From: a virus
Taxonomy: Duplodnaviria; Caudoviricetes
Length of the DNA stretch: 64,000 nucleotides
Direction: 5' to 3' (one strand)
Virus record (IMG/VR): IMGVR_UViG_3300033074_000984
This document shows positions 9,139 to 16,753 of this stretch, piece by piece. Every line of letters starts with the position of its first letter. Position 1 is the stretch's first letter. Under the pieces are notes generated by a model that saw only the letters and a list, made by a program, of their open reading frames with translations, had not been told where the DNA came from and ran no database searches. The translations under genes and the position numbers were made by a program.

Positions 9139-9888
9139 ATGCTACTCCAGAAGGGACGATTCTACCTCACCCGTGACGGACATCGAGCCGAGGTGCTCAA
9201 GACCGGCATCGGGAGTCGAGAGTACTACAAGGTCGTCGGGCTCGTTGACGACGGCGATGGAGAGTTCTTTACGTGCGAGTGGGGAGATGACGGACGGTAC
9301 TACGTCTCACAGAGCGACCGAGACCTGATCACCCAGGTCCGCTCTCGAGACCTCAAGTGCAAGATCGTCATCGACTCCTCGTTCGCCGGCACCAGGCTCT
9401 TCACGCGGCCGGCGAACGAGGACTTCTGGGATACCGGCTACAAGGTCATCGACGTCTACGTCGAAAAGAACACGGAAATTAACGAGCCGTTCGTCGTTAG
9501 AGGCAACGCCACGAAGATCGAGGTCAATGAGACCTATGCGGTCACGGTGAACCTGCTTGGCTACAAGCAGGCCAAGATACTTTACGAGGGAATGGAGGAG
9601 CCGTACACCTACCTCGGCGTGATGACTGTAACCATGGAGCCGCTAACGTGTCGGTGGGACCGGCACGGCAAGGCAGAGACCGCTGGCGGCCCGGCTCTTG
9701 TGCTGCCATACACCTCGCCGGAGCAGACGCTGTGGTTCCTGTTTTATGAGAGCGGCGAGGTCGTCTTCCGTGACAACAGGGAGGAGGCGGAGGAGGTCGC
9801 TCTTAACGTACTGCGGTCCAGCGGCGAGGTGGTCGAGATCCTTGAGGTTCACCTCGAGGCTGGCTGGGACAAGAGGGTTGCACGATGA
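9139..9888 (+). CDS. Hypothetical protein with G..Y.TRDG...W..DG repeat domain
   Basis: Shares a ~65-aa motif with the next two ORFs. Confidence 0.6.
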   Translation: MLLQKGRFYLTRDGHRAEVLKTGIGSREYYKVVGLVDDGDGEFFTCEWGDDGRYYVSQSDRDLITQVRSRDLKCKIVIDSSFAGTRLFTRPANEDFWDTGYKVIDVYVEKNTEINEPFVVRGNATKIEVNETYAVTVNLLGYKQAKILYEGMEEPYTYLGVMTVTMEPLTCRWDRHGKAETAGGPALVLPYTSPEQTLWFLFYESGEVVFRDNREEAEEVALNVLRSSGEVVEILEVHLEAGWDKRVAR

Positions 9889-10637
9889 AGCTCGAGTCAG
9901 GAAAAAAGTACCTCTTGAAGAACGAGAGGGTCTGCACGGTTGACGTCGTCGGTAGCGGCGTTGCCAGCGGCGTCGTCTACGTTCCAGAAAAGAACGATGC
10001 TCAGTTCGACCTTATGCGTTGGACTGAAGACGGAAGGGCGTACTCAGCCGACCCCGGCTTCGACGTCGATCGAGAGCGCTCCAACGAGGAGCAAGAGCTG
10101 CACGTCGCGATCGACGTGGGCTACACCTCACTCGGCGTCACGTACTCGGCTCGACTCGAAGGCGCGCCGGTGTTGCCGATGGCTACGCGCGTGGCGTACT
10201 TCACTCTCAAGAGGGGACTTGGCACCGACGCCACCATCTACGTCCCCTCCGAGCACGAGCCGATGAGAGAGACCCTCAAAGAGGGCAACTATCGCACTCG
10301 CGACGGCCGGCTGGTAACGGTGTGGCGCACAGACGTCAACGGCCGGCTTCCGGTTCTCGGGGTCGTCTACGGCGCTGAGGGTGTCGAAGCGAGGCTGTGG
10401 CGCGACGACGGCAGGCTTCTACAGATGAACGAGTCGCCTGACGACATCATGCTTGGCGTAGAGCCGGCTCGCTCGATCTACTTCAACCTCTACGAGATTG
10501 ACGGAAAGCTCTCGTTCACTGCTCATAACGAGCGCGTCAACGCGAGCCGCAATCAAAGAGACGGCTATGTCAACACCATTCGAGTCGTTCTTGACTCTGG
10601 CTGGTCAGCAGCGGCTAAAGCAGATGTCGCCGGGTGA
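9885..10637 (+). CDS. Hypothetical protein, two copies of the same repeat domain
   Basis: LESGKKYLLKN...WTEDG and LKEGNYRTRDG...WRDDG. Confidence 0.6.
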   Translation: MKLESGKKYLLKNERVCTVDVVGSGVASGVVYVPEKNDAQFDLMRWTEDGRAYSADPGFDVDRERSNEEQELHVAIDVGYTSLGVTYSARLEGAPVLPMATRVAYFTLKRGLGTDATIYVPSEHEPMRETLKEGNYRTRDGRLVTVWRTDVNGRLPVLGVVYGAEGVEARLWRDDGRLLQMNESPDDIMLGVEPARSIYFNLYEIDGKLSFTAHNERVNASRNQRDGYVNTIRVVLDSGWSAAAKADVAG

Positions 10638-10845
10638 CTCGTTCAAGTTGAAGAGGGGCGACGACGTAACGGTCATCACCGCCTCGCTCAAGAGTCGCTA
10701 TCCCGTGGCTGGAGTCGCTAGACGGCTCCTTCCATGCGGAGCTGTTGACGAGTGGGTGGGTCAGTGGATGCTCAACGGCACCTATCGAACCTACTCAGGC
10801 AGCGTTGCTGGCCTGGACATGATCTTGGAGAAGGAGCAGGCGTGA
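10624..10845 (+). CDS. Hypothetical protein, single copy of the repeat domain
   Basis: PGDSFKLKRGD...YPVAGV...WMLNG..LDMI. Confidence 0.55.
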   Translation: MSPGDSFKLKRGDDVTVITASLKSRYPVAGVARRLLPCGAVDEWVGQWMLNGTYRTYSGSVAGLDMILEKEQA

Positions 10846-11558
10846 AACTAGCACTCATATCAGACACTCACGGTCACCACTGGGGTGGAAGCCGGTTCGA
10901 GCAGGAGCTGATCAACGGCGTCGTCCGCGCTTGCGAGCGAGAGCGCCCAGACGTTCTCATTGACGCCGGCGACTACGAGACGAAGAAGATACACGACGCG
11001 GTCGAGGCTCTCAAGATCCCAGTCATCTCGATCACCGGAAACCACGACTATTACGGGTCAGCGTGGGTTGACAGGGACGAGAGCCTTGAGACGTGCGACG
11101 TGACGATTGGCGGCAAGCGGATCGTCGGCGCCACGCTATGGAGCAACTTCCGTAACGCTGACCCGCTGCTTCTACTTCAAGCAGAGAGCATGCTCAACGA
11201 CTTTCGGTACATCGTTGGCTTCACTCCGTACACAGCGCTTGACTTGCACTACAAGCACCTCGCGTTCTTGCGAAGTCGAGCCGGCGAGGCAGACGTCGTA
11301 GTCACCCACAACGGCCCGACCATGCGCTCTGTTCACGAGCGCTACGGCGACGTGCCAATGAACTACCTCTTCTCCTCACCTCTCGACAACCTCGTTGTTG
11401 AGATGGGAGCGAAGCTGTGGCTTCACGGGCACACCCATGACGATCACGACTACATGGCCGGAGACACTCGCGTGCTGTGTCACCCGTGCGGCTATCCCTA
11501 CGAGCGTCGTCAAAGGGGATTCGTCGGCTACGAGCCGTTGTTCTTGGAGATCGACTAA
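10842..11558 (+). CDS. Calcineurin-like metallophosphoesterase
   Basis: DTH, AGD, GNHDYY, VTH.GP and HGHTH motifs; GTG start after AAGGAG. Confidence 0.9.
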   Translation: MKLALISDTHGHHWGGSRFEQELINGVVRACERERPDVLIDAGDYETKKIHDAVEALKIPVISITGNHDYYGSAWVDRDESLETCDVTIGGKRIVGATLWSNFRNADPLLLLQAESMLNDFRYIVGFTPYTALDLHYKHLAFLRSRAGEADVVVTHNGPTMRSVHERYGDVPMNYLFSSPLDNLVVEMGAKLWLHGHTHDDHDYMAGDTRVLCHPCGYPYERRQRGFVGYEPLFLEID

Positions 11559-11573
11559 TAAGGCCAATTTCGG

Positions 11574-11602
11574 TTGACTCTCAAACTCGTTTTTGATATA
11601 AG
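11574..11602 (+). promoter_or_regulatory. Sigma70-type promoter of the tmRNA gene
   Basis: TTGACT-N17-TATAAG. Confidence 0.65.
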
Positions 11603-11604
11603 TA

Positions 11605-12010
11605 GGCGTGACGATCGGTGAGGCCGATACGCAATCTCAGAGGACCCGGGGGCAGTACCCGGCGCCTCCACCAAAGCCGTCGATAGAGGAGTAGTCGTCC
11701 TGCCAGGGACGTTACGCCTCGACAAGAGACACCGCGAGTCCGCTGGCACGGACGAACTGCACGTCCTCTCGCATAGAGAGAAGGAGCCGATCGATCGCGG
11801 GTCGGTCCCGGTTAAGCCCGGGTTGGTGTAAAGTGTCTTCGACGACTTTGGCGGGGGCGATGTAGGATCGACTCGAGATGAGGTAGAGGAAGAGGTCGTC
11901 GGGTGACTCCCTGATAGTCCGTAAACTAAGCGCCAACGACAACGACGCACCCGTGATGGCCCTTGCGGCCTGACGCAGCTCGGGGGAGCTGGGCAACAGA
12001 ATCCCCCACC
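11605..12010 (+). ncRNA. ssrA: Circularly permuted two-piece tmRNA (alphaproteobacterial type); outer ends approximate
   Basis: Acceptor piece ends CCGGG-GGCAGTA-CCCGG-CGCCTCC-A-CCA at 11673. Coding piece starts GGGGGCG at 11853 (G3:U70 pair), followed by TAGGATCGAC. Tag at 11932-11973 reads ANDNDAPVMALAA*. 3' end has GGCAACAGAA. Confidence 0.95.
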
Positions 12011-12032
12011 TATTTCTCTAGTGGAGCACATC

Positions 12033-12302
12033 ATGGCTACCGACTTCGTCGTTTGCGGCCGCATCGTAGGCCACTTCTACGCTTGGGACCAGATCGACGC
12101 AGACGTGATCGTCATCATCGGTCTCCAGCCGGTGCAAGAGCTCGGGCTCCCGCCAGGAGACACGTTCTTCGACTTCTATCACGGCACGATCACACAGCGC
12201 GTGATCGGCTCAAGGGATAACAGGGTCCTCGACCTAGTCGACGCTCTTTCTAAGCTGCCACGCGCCTTTCCGACGGACGAGTCGCCGCGCGATCAGAGCT
12301 GA
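12033..12302 (+). CDS. Hypothetical protein
   Basis: GGAG RBS before ATGGCTACC. Confidence 0.45.
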   Translation: MATDFVVCGRIVGHFYAWDQIDADVIVIIGLQPVQELGLPPGDTFFDFYHGTITQRVIGSRDNRVLDLVDALSKLPRAFPTDESPRDQS

Positions 12303-12785
12303 CGCTCCTAATGCAGAACACTCCAACCTTTTATGAGATACAGGACGCGCTGTCTTGGGGTCGCGAGCATGCACAACAAGTTGCTCGCCTAATCGCCACT
12401 GCTAACGAAGCTTATCCTCCGACAGGCTTCGATTGCAGCCGTCCTGAGGCGTGGAAGAGTGAGCACTGGAACTGGCTCAGGCTGTGGGGCTACCTTTGAC
12501 AGAGCTCCGTAACAGGAAGATGCAAGATGACTATGAACAACCAAAGTGAGCTCTTATCAGCCGTCGAAGACGGTCGCGCTCTAGTGTGGGAGCCAGCTGA
12601 CTCTGTCGTGATCGACGAGTACGACGGCGCGGACTGGCTCGTCAAGACTAACGGTGACGAGTGGAGAGACGTCTCGTTACGCGTGATGAGATCTTGGCAG
12701 CTTAGACACGAGCTAAGACCAGAAGTCGTTCGCGGTAGACCCATCTGGGTCGCTCGAATCAAAACCCCAAAATAGGAACATCGTC

Positions 12786-12986
12786 ATGGGTAGCTCTACC
12801 TCAAAGAAGGGCCGCAAGTGCGGTCGCATGAAGATCTGGTGTCAGGCCTACAGGGCTCGCAACCAGCGCGGCAAGAACAAGGTGCGGCGGCTCGAGCGAC
12901 GCGTCGCTCGTCATCCCAACGACGCGCGGGCGAAGCTCGACCTCAAGCGCTACACCGCAGCCGTCTACGGTCGTACTGTCGCGTAG
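12786..12986 (+). CDS. Small, very basic protein
   Basis: 66 aa, Arg/Lys-rich, with RRLERRVARHPNDARA. Confidence 0.55.
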   Translation: MGSSTSKKGRKCGRMKIWCQAYRARNQRGKNKVRRLERRVARHPNDARAKLDLKRYTAAVYGRTVA

Positions 12987-12993
12987 AATGATC

Positions 12994-13039
12994 ACAAGGG
13001 CGTCTAGTGTTCATCTTATGATGCATTAGACGTCCTTGT
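12994..13039 (+). terminator. Long intergenic hairpin
   Basis: ACAAGGGCGTCTAGTG ... CATTAGACGTCCTTGT. Confidence 0.55.
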
Positions 13040-13084
13040 TGCCTTGAGAGCACACTAAGCGCGTTAGCGTCACTTTGAGAGCAC

Positions 13085-13312
13085 ATGGCCGTAGCATCCG
13101 TAGATCCCCAGTCTGTCTTTGTGTCAGAGATCGAACGTCTAGTCACTGTAGACGGACTCGGTCTCGTTGAGGCCGTGCTGCACTGGTGCGAGACTCGCAG
13201 TCTAGAAGTAGACTACGCGGCCGGGCTCGTAAAGAAGAACAAGACGCTCAAGCGACTGCTTCGTGAAGAGGCGTTAAGACTTCACATGCTCAAACAAGAG
13301 GTCAAGTGTTGA
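13085..13312 (+). CDS. 33: Late-promoter transcription co-activator gp33
   Basis: F..EIE.LV......VEAVLHWCE....E....A.L.....LK..L.EEA..L.ML pattern; lies upstream of gp59 and gp32. Confidence 0.85.
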   Translation: MAVASVDPQSVFVSEIERLVTVDGLGLVEAVLHWCETRSLEVDYAAGLVKKNKTLKRLLREEALRLHMLKQEVKC

Positions 13313-13337
13313 CAGCCGCGAGCATGAGTGATATCGT
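13309..13337 (+). promoter_or_regulatory. Sigma70-type promoter
   Basis: TTGACA-N17-TATCGT with extended TG. Confidence 0.6.
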
Positions 13338-13355
13338 GTCATCCTGGAGGATTGT

Positions 13356-14006
13356 ATGAAAGAAGAGGTGCTTAACAGCGTTAGCGAGTGCGCGGAGACG
13401 CGTCTCGACATCGAAAACTTACAACTCGAGTTCCGCGACCTAGGCGAGGCGTTCAAAGGACTCACGGCTCATACGCGTCGAGCGTTCAAGAACGCCAGCA
13501 ACGTGATATACTACCAAGGTGGCTGGCCGTCAGCGGACACCCCTCCACGATATCAGACGCTCGCGCATGGTCTTGTAGAGACGCTCGCTGTTCTCCGGCT
13601 TGTTGGAGCCAGTCAGTTCGAGCGCTACTTGAACGATCTTGGCGTCACGTTCGAGCCGAAGTCGCCCGTCGGCGTTCGCGTTACGAAGTCTCTCGAAGAG
13701 TCGCTCGCAAACTCACGGGTGTCTTACACCGACGCTCCCGAAGACGCAGAGGAGGGCTGCCGATGGCTCATGGCCAGGGCGCAGGGCGTACAGAAGAGAG
13801 TGTGCGAGCTCTCTGACAAGGTGAAGGACGAGGCTGCGACTGTGGAGGAGGCGCACGGCGTCTCGCGTACAGCGTTCATGCGGGCTGTCGGAGCGAAGAA
13901 GCTCGAGCTCTCGAAGGGCAGGAGCGACATGGTCGTCAAGATCGACGAGGTGCTCGAGCAGATCGAGGCCACCGACGAGCTCCTCCGTAGCGTTCGAGAT
14001 CGATGA
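13356..14006 (+). CDS. Hypothetical helical protein (possibly T4 DsbA-like)
   Basis: GGGAGG RBS; adjacent to gp33. Confidence 0.5.
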   Translation: MKEEVLNSVSECAETRLDIENLQLEFRDLGEAFKGLTAHTRRAFKNASNVIYYQGGWPSADTPPRYQTLAHGLVETLAVLRLVGASQFERYLNDLGVTFEPKSPVGVRVTKSLEESLANSRVSYTDAPEDAEEGCRWLMARAQGVQKRVCELSDKVKDEAATVEEAHGVSRTAFMRAVGAKKLELSKGRSDMVVKIDEVLEQIEATDELLRSVRDR

Positions 14007-14036
14007 GTCAGCGACTTACTAACTGGAGACTATGAG

Positions 14037-14444
14037 ATGAGTGAAACTGGTTTTGGCTTCGGTGCAGGCTCTGCAGTGAGCATGTTCCTTATCATCCTCT
14101 TGTGTGGCAGCTTGTACGGCTGCCCGCAGTACAACGTCTATACCAAGAGGCTTGACGGCGAGGCAGAGCTCGCCAAGGCTGAGTACGAGAGGCAGGTCCA
14201 GGTCAAGGACGCTCAGGGCAAGCTCGACGCTGCAAGCATGCTTGCACAGGTCGAGATTCGCCGCGCCGAGGGCGTGGCTCAGGCCAACAAGATCATCGGT
14301 GACAGCCTCAAGGACAACGAGGCGTATCTTCGGTGGCTCTGGATCAACGAGCTGACGCAGTCCGGCAAGCACGCGCCGTCAGTGATCTACGTGCCGACTG
14401 AGGCCGGTCTGCCGATCCTCGAGGCTGGAAAGCGCCCGCAATGA
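14037..14444 (+). CDS. Membrane-anchored coiled-coil phage protein (stomatin/prohibitin C-terminal-like)
   Basis: TM helix, GEAELA.AE, RAEGVA.ANKIIGDSLK.NE.YLR.LWI and IYVPTEAGLPILEAG. Confidence 0.7.
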   Translation: MSETGFGFGAGSAVSMFLIILLCGSLYGCPQYNVYTKRLDGEAELAKAEYERQVQVKDAQGKLDAASMLAQVEIRRAEGVAQANKIIGDSLKDNEAYLRWLWINELTQSGKHAPSVIYVPTEAGLPILEAGKRPQ

Positions 14445-14923
14445 ACGCACGAGCAGGAACGACTCGCTTCTCAGTGTCGAGCGACCTCAATCACGAAGAC
14501 GACTCAGTCGATCAAGTGAAGCTTCGTGTAGAGGTCATCAATGCAGACAAGACAGTCACTCGTGACGAGACGTGGTACCTCAGTCCAGCTCAAGCTCGAG
14601 GCGTGCGTGACTCACTCGTGGACGTGTTCGAGGGCGACAGCTCTCGACGTCTCGCGATCATCACGGCCATGTATCGAACCGTTACTGAGTGCGCAATCGT
14701 CGCGCTTGATCCAACGCTTGGACCGGCGACGCTAAAAGACCTCGAGACTAATGACGAGGTAGACACACTGTCTTACATTTTCGGCATGTGCGCGCGTCTC
14801 ACCTCCGACATGTCTGAAGACAAGCTTAACAGGTGGCTCGGCTACGTTCAAGGAGTGGCCGTAGCGAGGGGCTGGCTGTCTTTGGAGGACTGTAAGTGCA
14901 TCAACAGAAAAACTCTTGGCTAG
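14441..14923 (+). CDS. Hypothetical protein
   Basis: DKLNRWLGYVQG motif; ATGA overlap. Confidence 0.55.
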   Translation: MNARAGTTRFSVSSDLNHEDDSVDQVKLRVEVINADKTVTRDETWYLSPAQARGVRDSLVDVFEGDSSRRLAIITAMYRTVTECAIVALDPTLGPATLKDLETNDEVDTLSYIFGMCARLTSDMSEDKLNRWLGYVQGVAVARGWLSLEDCKCINRKTLG

Positions 14924-15120
14924 AGCGAGTTCGCTCTATGTGGAACGAGCTGCTGGAAGAGCTTTCAAGGCGCATGACTGTACAGTGTCCGTCTTGCGGC
15001 AGCGAGCTCTTTTACGTAGAGCGATCGGAGGCCCTGTTCGCAGACGTCAGGTGCGCACACCCTGACTGCGAGAAGCGCTTTCGATGGGTGCCTATCGTCA
15101 ACTCTCTCGTGGAGCACTGA
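14896..15120 (+). CDS. Zinc-ribbon small protein
   Basis: CPSC...C.HPDC; start uncertain. Confidence 0.45.
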   Translation: MHQQKNSWLERVRSMWNELLEELSRRMTVQCPSCGSELFYVERSEALFADVRCAHPDCEKRFRWVPIVNSLVEH

Positions 15121-15719
15121 TGACGCCGTTTGAGTGCTACGTCAGGCTCCTAGCTCTAAAGGCGCACTTCGCAGGCAAGTTTGACTTCTTCAAGTACAAC
15201 GGCAAGGTGCGCGCGAGCGTAGCGAAGTTTGAGAAGAGCGCTGACGCTCGATTCTATGAAAAGATAGCTGCTAACCCGGACCCCGAGGAGCTCATGCTCT
15301 CTGGGGTCCTAGTCAACTCTAGGATTTACGTGCGTGACGTCGTGCGAGACCCTCTCGTAGCCGCTTATCACGACGCTCGGCTCGGCAGGGTTCAGTCGCT
15401 GAGCTACCTCGTAGACAAAGAGCTAGACGCTCTTGGAACGAGCCTGACCGACGCTCTCGTTCCTGTCTCGGGTCGACACCCACTCATCCTTCGCGAGTAC
15501 CTAGCAGAGCGCTTGTCGCTTGAAACGATGGCCGCGGTCGCAACGACCGTTGACGCGACGCGAGCGTGGAAGAGGTCTCTAGACCCACACGACCCAGTCC
15601 TAGCCGCTGCGATCCTCTTAACTCGTCGATACGAGCCGTTCATCAGGTACGACAGGAGCGCTATGCGAGACAAGATCATGAGGAGGCTGAGAGCGAGCGT
15701 GCCAGACAACGATACATAG
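15120..15719 (+). CDS. 59: Helicase loader gp59
   Basis: Y..LLALKAHF.G.FDFFKYNGK, HP.IL.EYL...LSLET and Y.PFI; immediately before gp32. Confidence 0.9.
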   Translation: MTPFECYVRLLALKAHFAGKFDFFKYNGKVRASVAKFEKSADARFYEKIAANPDPEELMLSGVLVNSRIYVRDVVRDPLVAAYHDARLGRVQSLSYLVDKELDALGTSLTDALVPVSGRHPLILREYLAERLSLETMAAVATTVDATRAWKRSLDPHDPVLAAAILLTRRYEPFIRYDRSAMRDKIMRRLRASVPDNDT

Positions 15720-15775
15720 CTGACATCCAACTACAGATGCACAGCGAGAAATAGATGCAAAAGCAAGGAAATCAG

Positions 15776-16753
15776 ATGGCATATTCGTTCGCAGAGATGA
15801 AGGCGGCTAGAGACGCCGACAAAGAGAAGCTGCTCAAGCAGCTCGACAACATGGACAAGCGTCGTCGCGAAGACGACGGGACCTGGTGGGTCCCTACCGT
15901 AGACAAGGCCGGAAACGGCGTCGCGGTGTTTCGATGGCTCCCCGCTCCTCTAGGCGAGACCGACACCCACGTGAAGTGGATGGACCACGGCTTCAAGGGT
16001 CCAGGCGGCTGGTACATCGAGAACAACCTACAGAGCATCGGCCTCGACGACCCGGTCTCGGAGATGAACTCCATGCTCTGGGCTCAGGGCGAGGGCTCTG
16101 AGGGACGCAAGCGAGTGTCGGGCGGAGGACCGAAGGGCTCGCTTAACGAGTTCGGCACGAAGCGTCGCCAGCACCTGGCGAGCAACATCTACATCATCTC
16201 TGATCCCGCGAAGCGAGAGAACGAGGGAAGGGTGTTCCGCTTCAAGTACGGGCCGAGGATCTTCTCGAAGATCAACGACCTCATGCACCCCGTACTCCCT
16301 GACGACCCGATCATTAACCCGTTTGACCTGTGGGACGGCTGCAACTTCAAGCTCGTGATTCGTCGCGAGGACGGACAGCGCAACTACAACTCATCCGAGT
16401 GGATCAAGCCGCCACAGCCGTTGTTCAAAGACGACGCGAAGATGGAGGCCGTTTGGAGCCAGTGCCACTCACTCGCGGCGCTGATCGATCCCAAGAACTA
16501 CAAGTCGTACGACGAGCTCAAGAAGAAGCTCGAGCGCGTCATGGGTGGGAAGCCTGCTCCAGGTTACGAACGTGACGACAACGACCCGCCAGCTCGCGAG
16601 CCAGCACCGCGGCGATCTTCCCCTGCCCCGGCAGCGCCCGCAACTGGCGCTAGGAGCTCTGTCTCAGAAGAGGTAGAGCCCTGGGAAGAGAGGTCAACTG
16701 AGGACGAGGACCCCGCGTCCTACTTCGCGAAGCTCGTTGACAAGGACGTCTAG
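15776..16753 (+). CDS. 32: Single-stranded DNA-binding protein gp32
   Basis: DKAGNG.AV.R.LP, HGFKGPGGWYIEN, ENEGRVF.FKYG, INPFDLWDGCNFKL and acidic tail SYFAKL. Confidence 0.95.
   Translation: MAYSFAEMKAARDADKEKLLKQLDNMDKRRREDDGTWWVPTVDKAGNGVAVFRWLPAPLGETDTHVKWMDHGFKGPGGWYIENNLQSIGLDDPVSEMNSMLWAQGEGSEGRKRVSGGGPKGSLNEFGTKRRQHLASNIYIISDPAKRENEGRVFRFKYGPRIFSKINDLMHPVLPDDPIINPFDLWDGCNFKLVIRREDGQRNYNSSEWIKPPQPLFKDDAKMEAVWSQCHSLAALIDPKNYKSYDELKKKLERVMGGKPAPGYERDDNDPPAREPAPRRSSPAPAAPATGARSSVSEEVEPWEERSTEDEDPASYFAKLVDKDV

Noticed and set aside
11641-11673. Stand-alone tRNA-Ala
   Set aside because: Only the T-arm and acceptor 3' half are present; explained by the tmRNA acceptor piece
11555-12220. 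ORF-track ORFs 11555..12064(-), 11712..11996(-) and 11963..12220(+)
   Set aside because: They overlap the tmRNA gene and have no recognisable motifs; shadow ORFs
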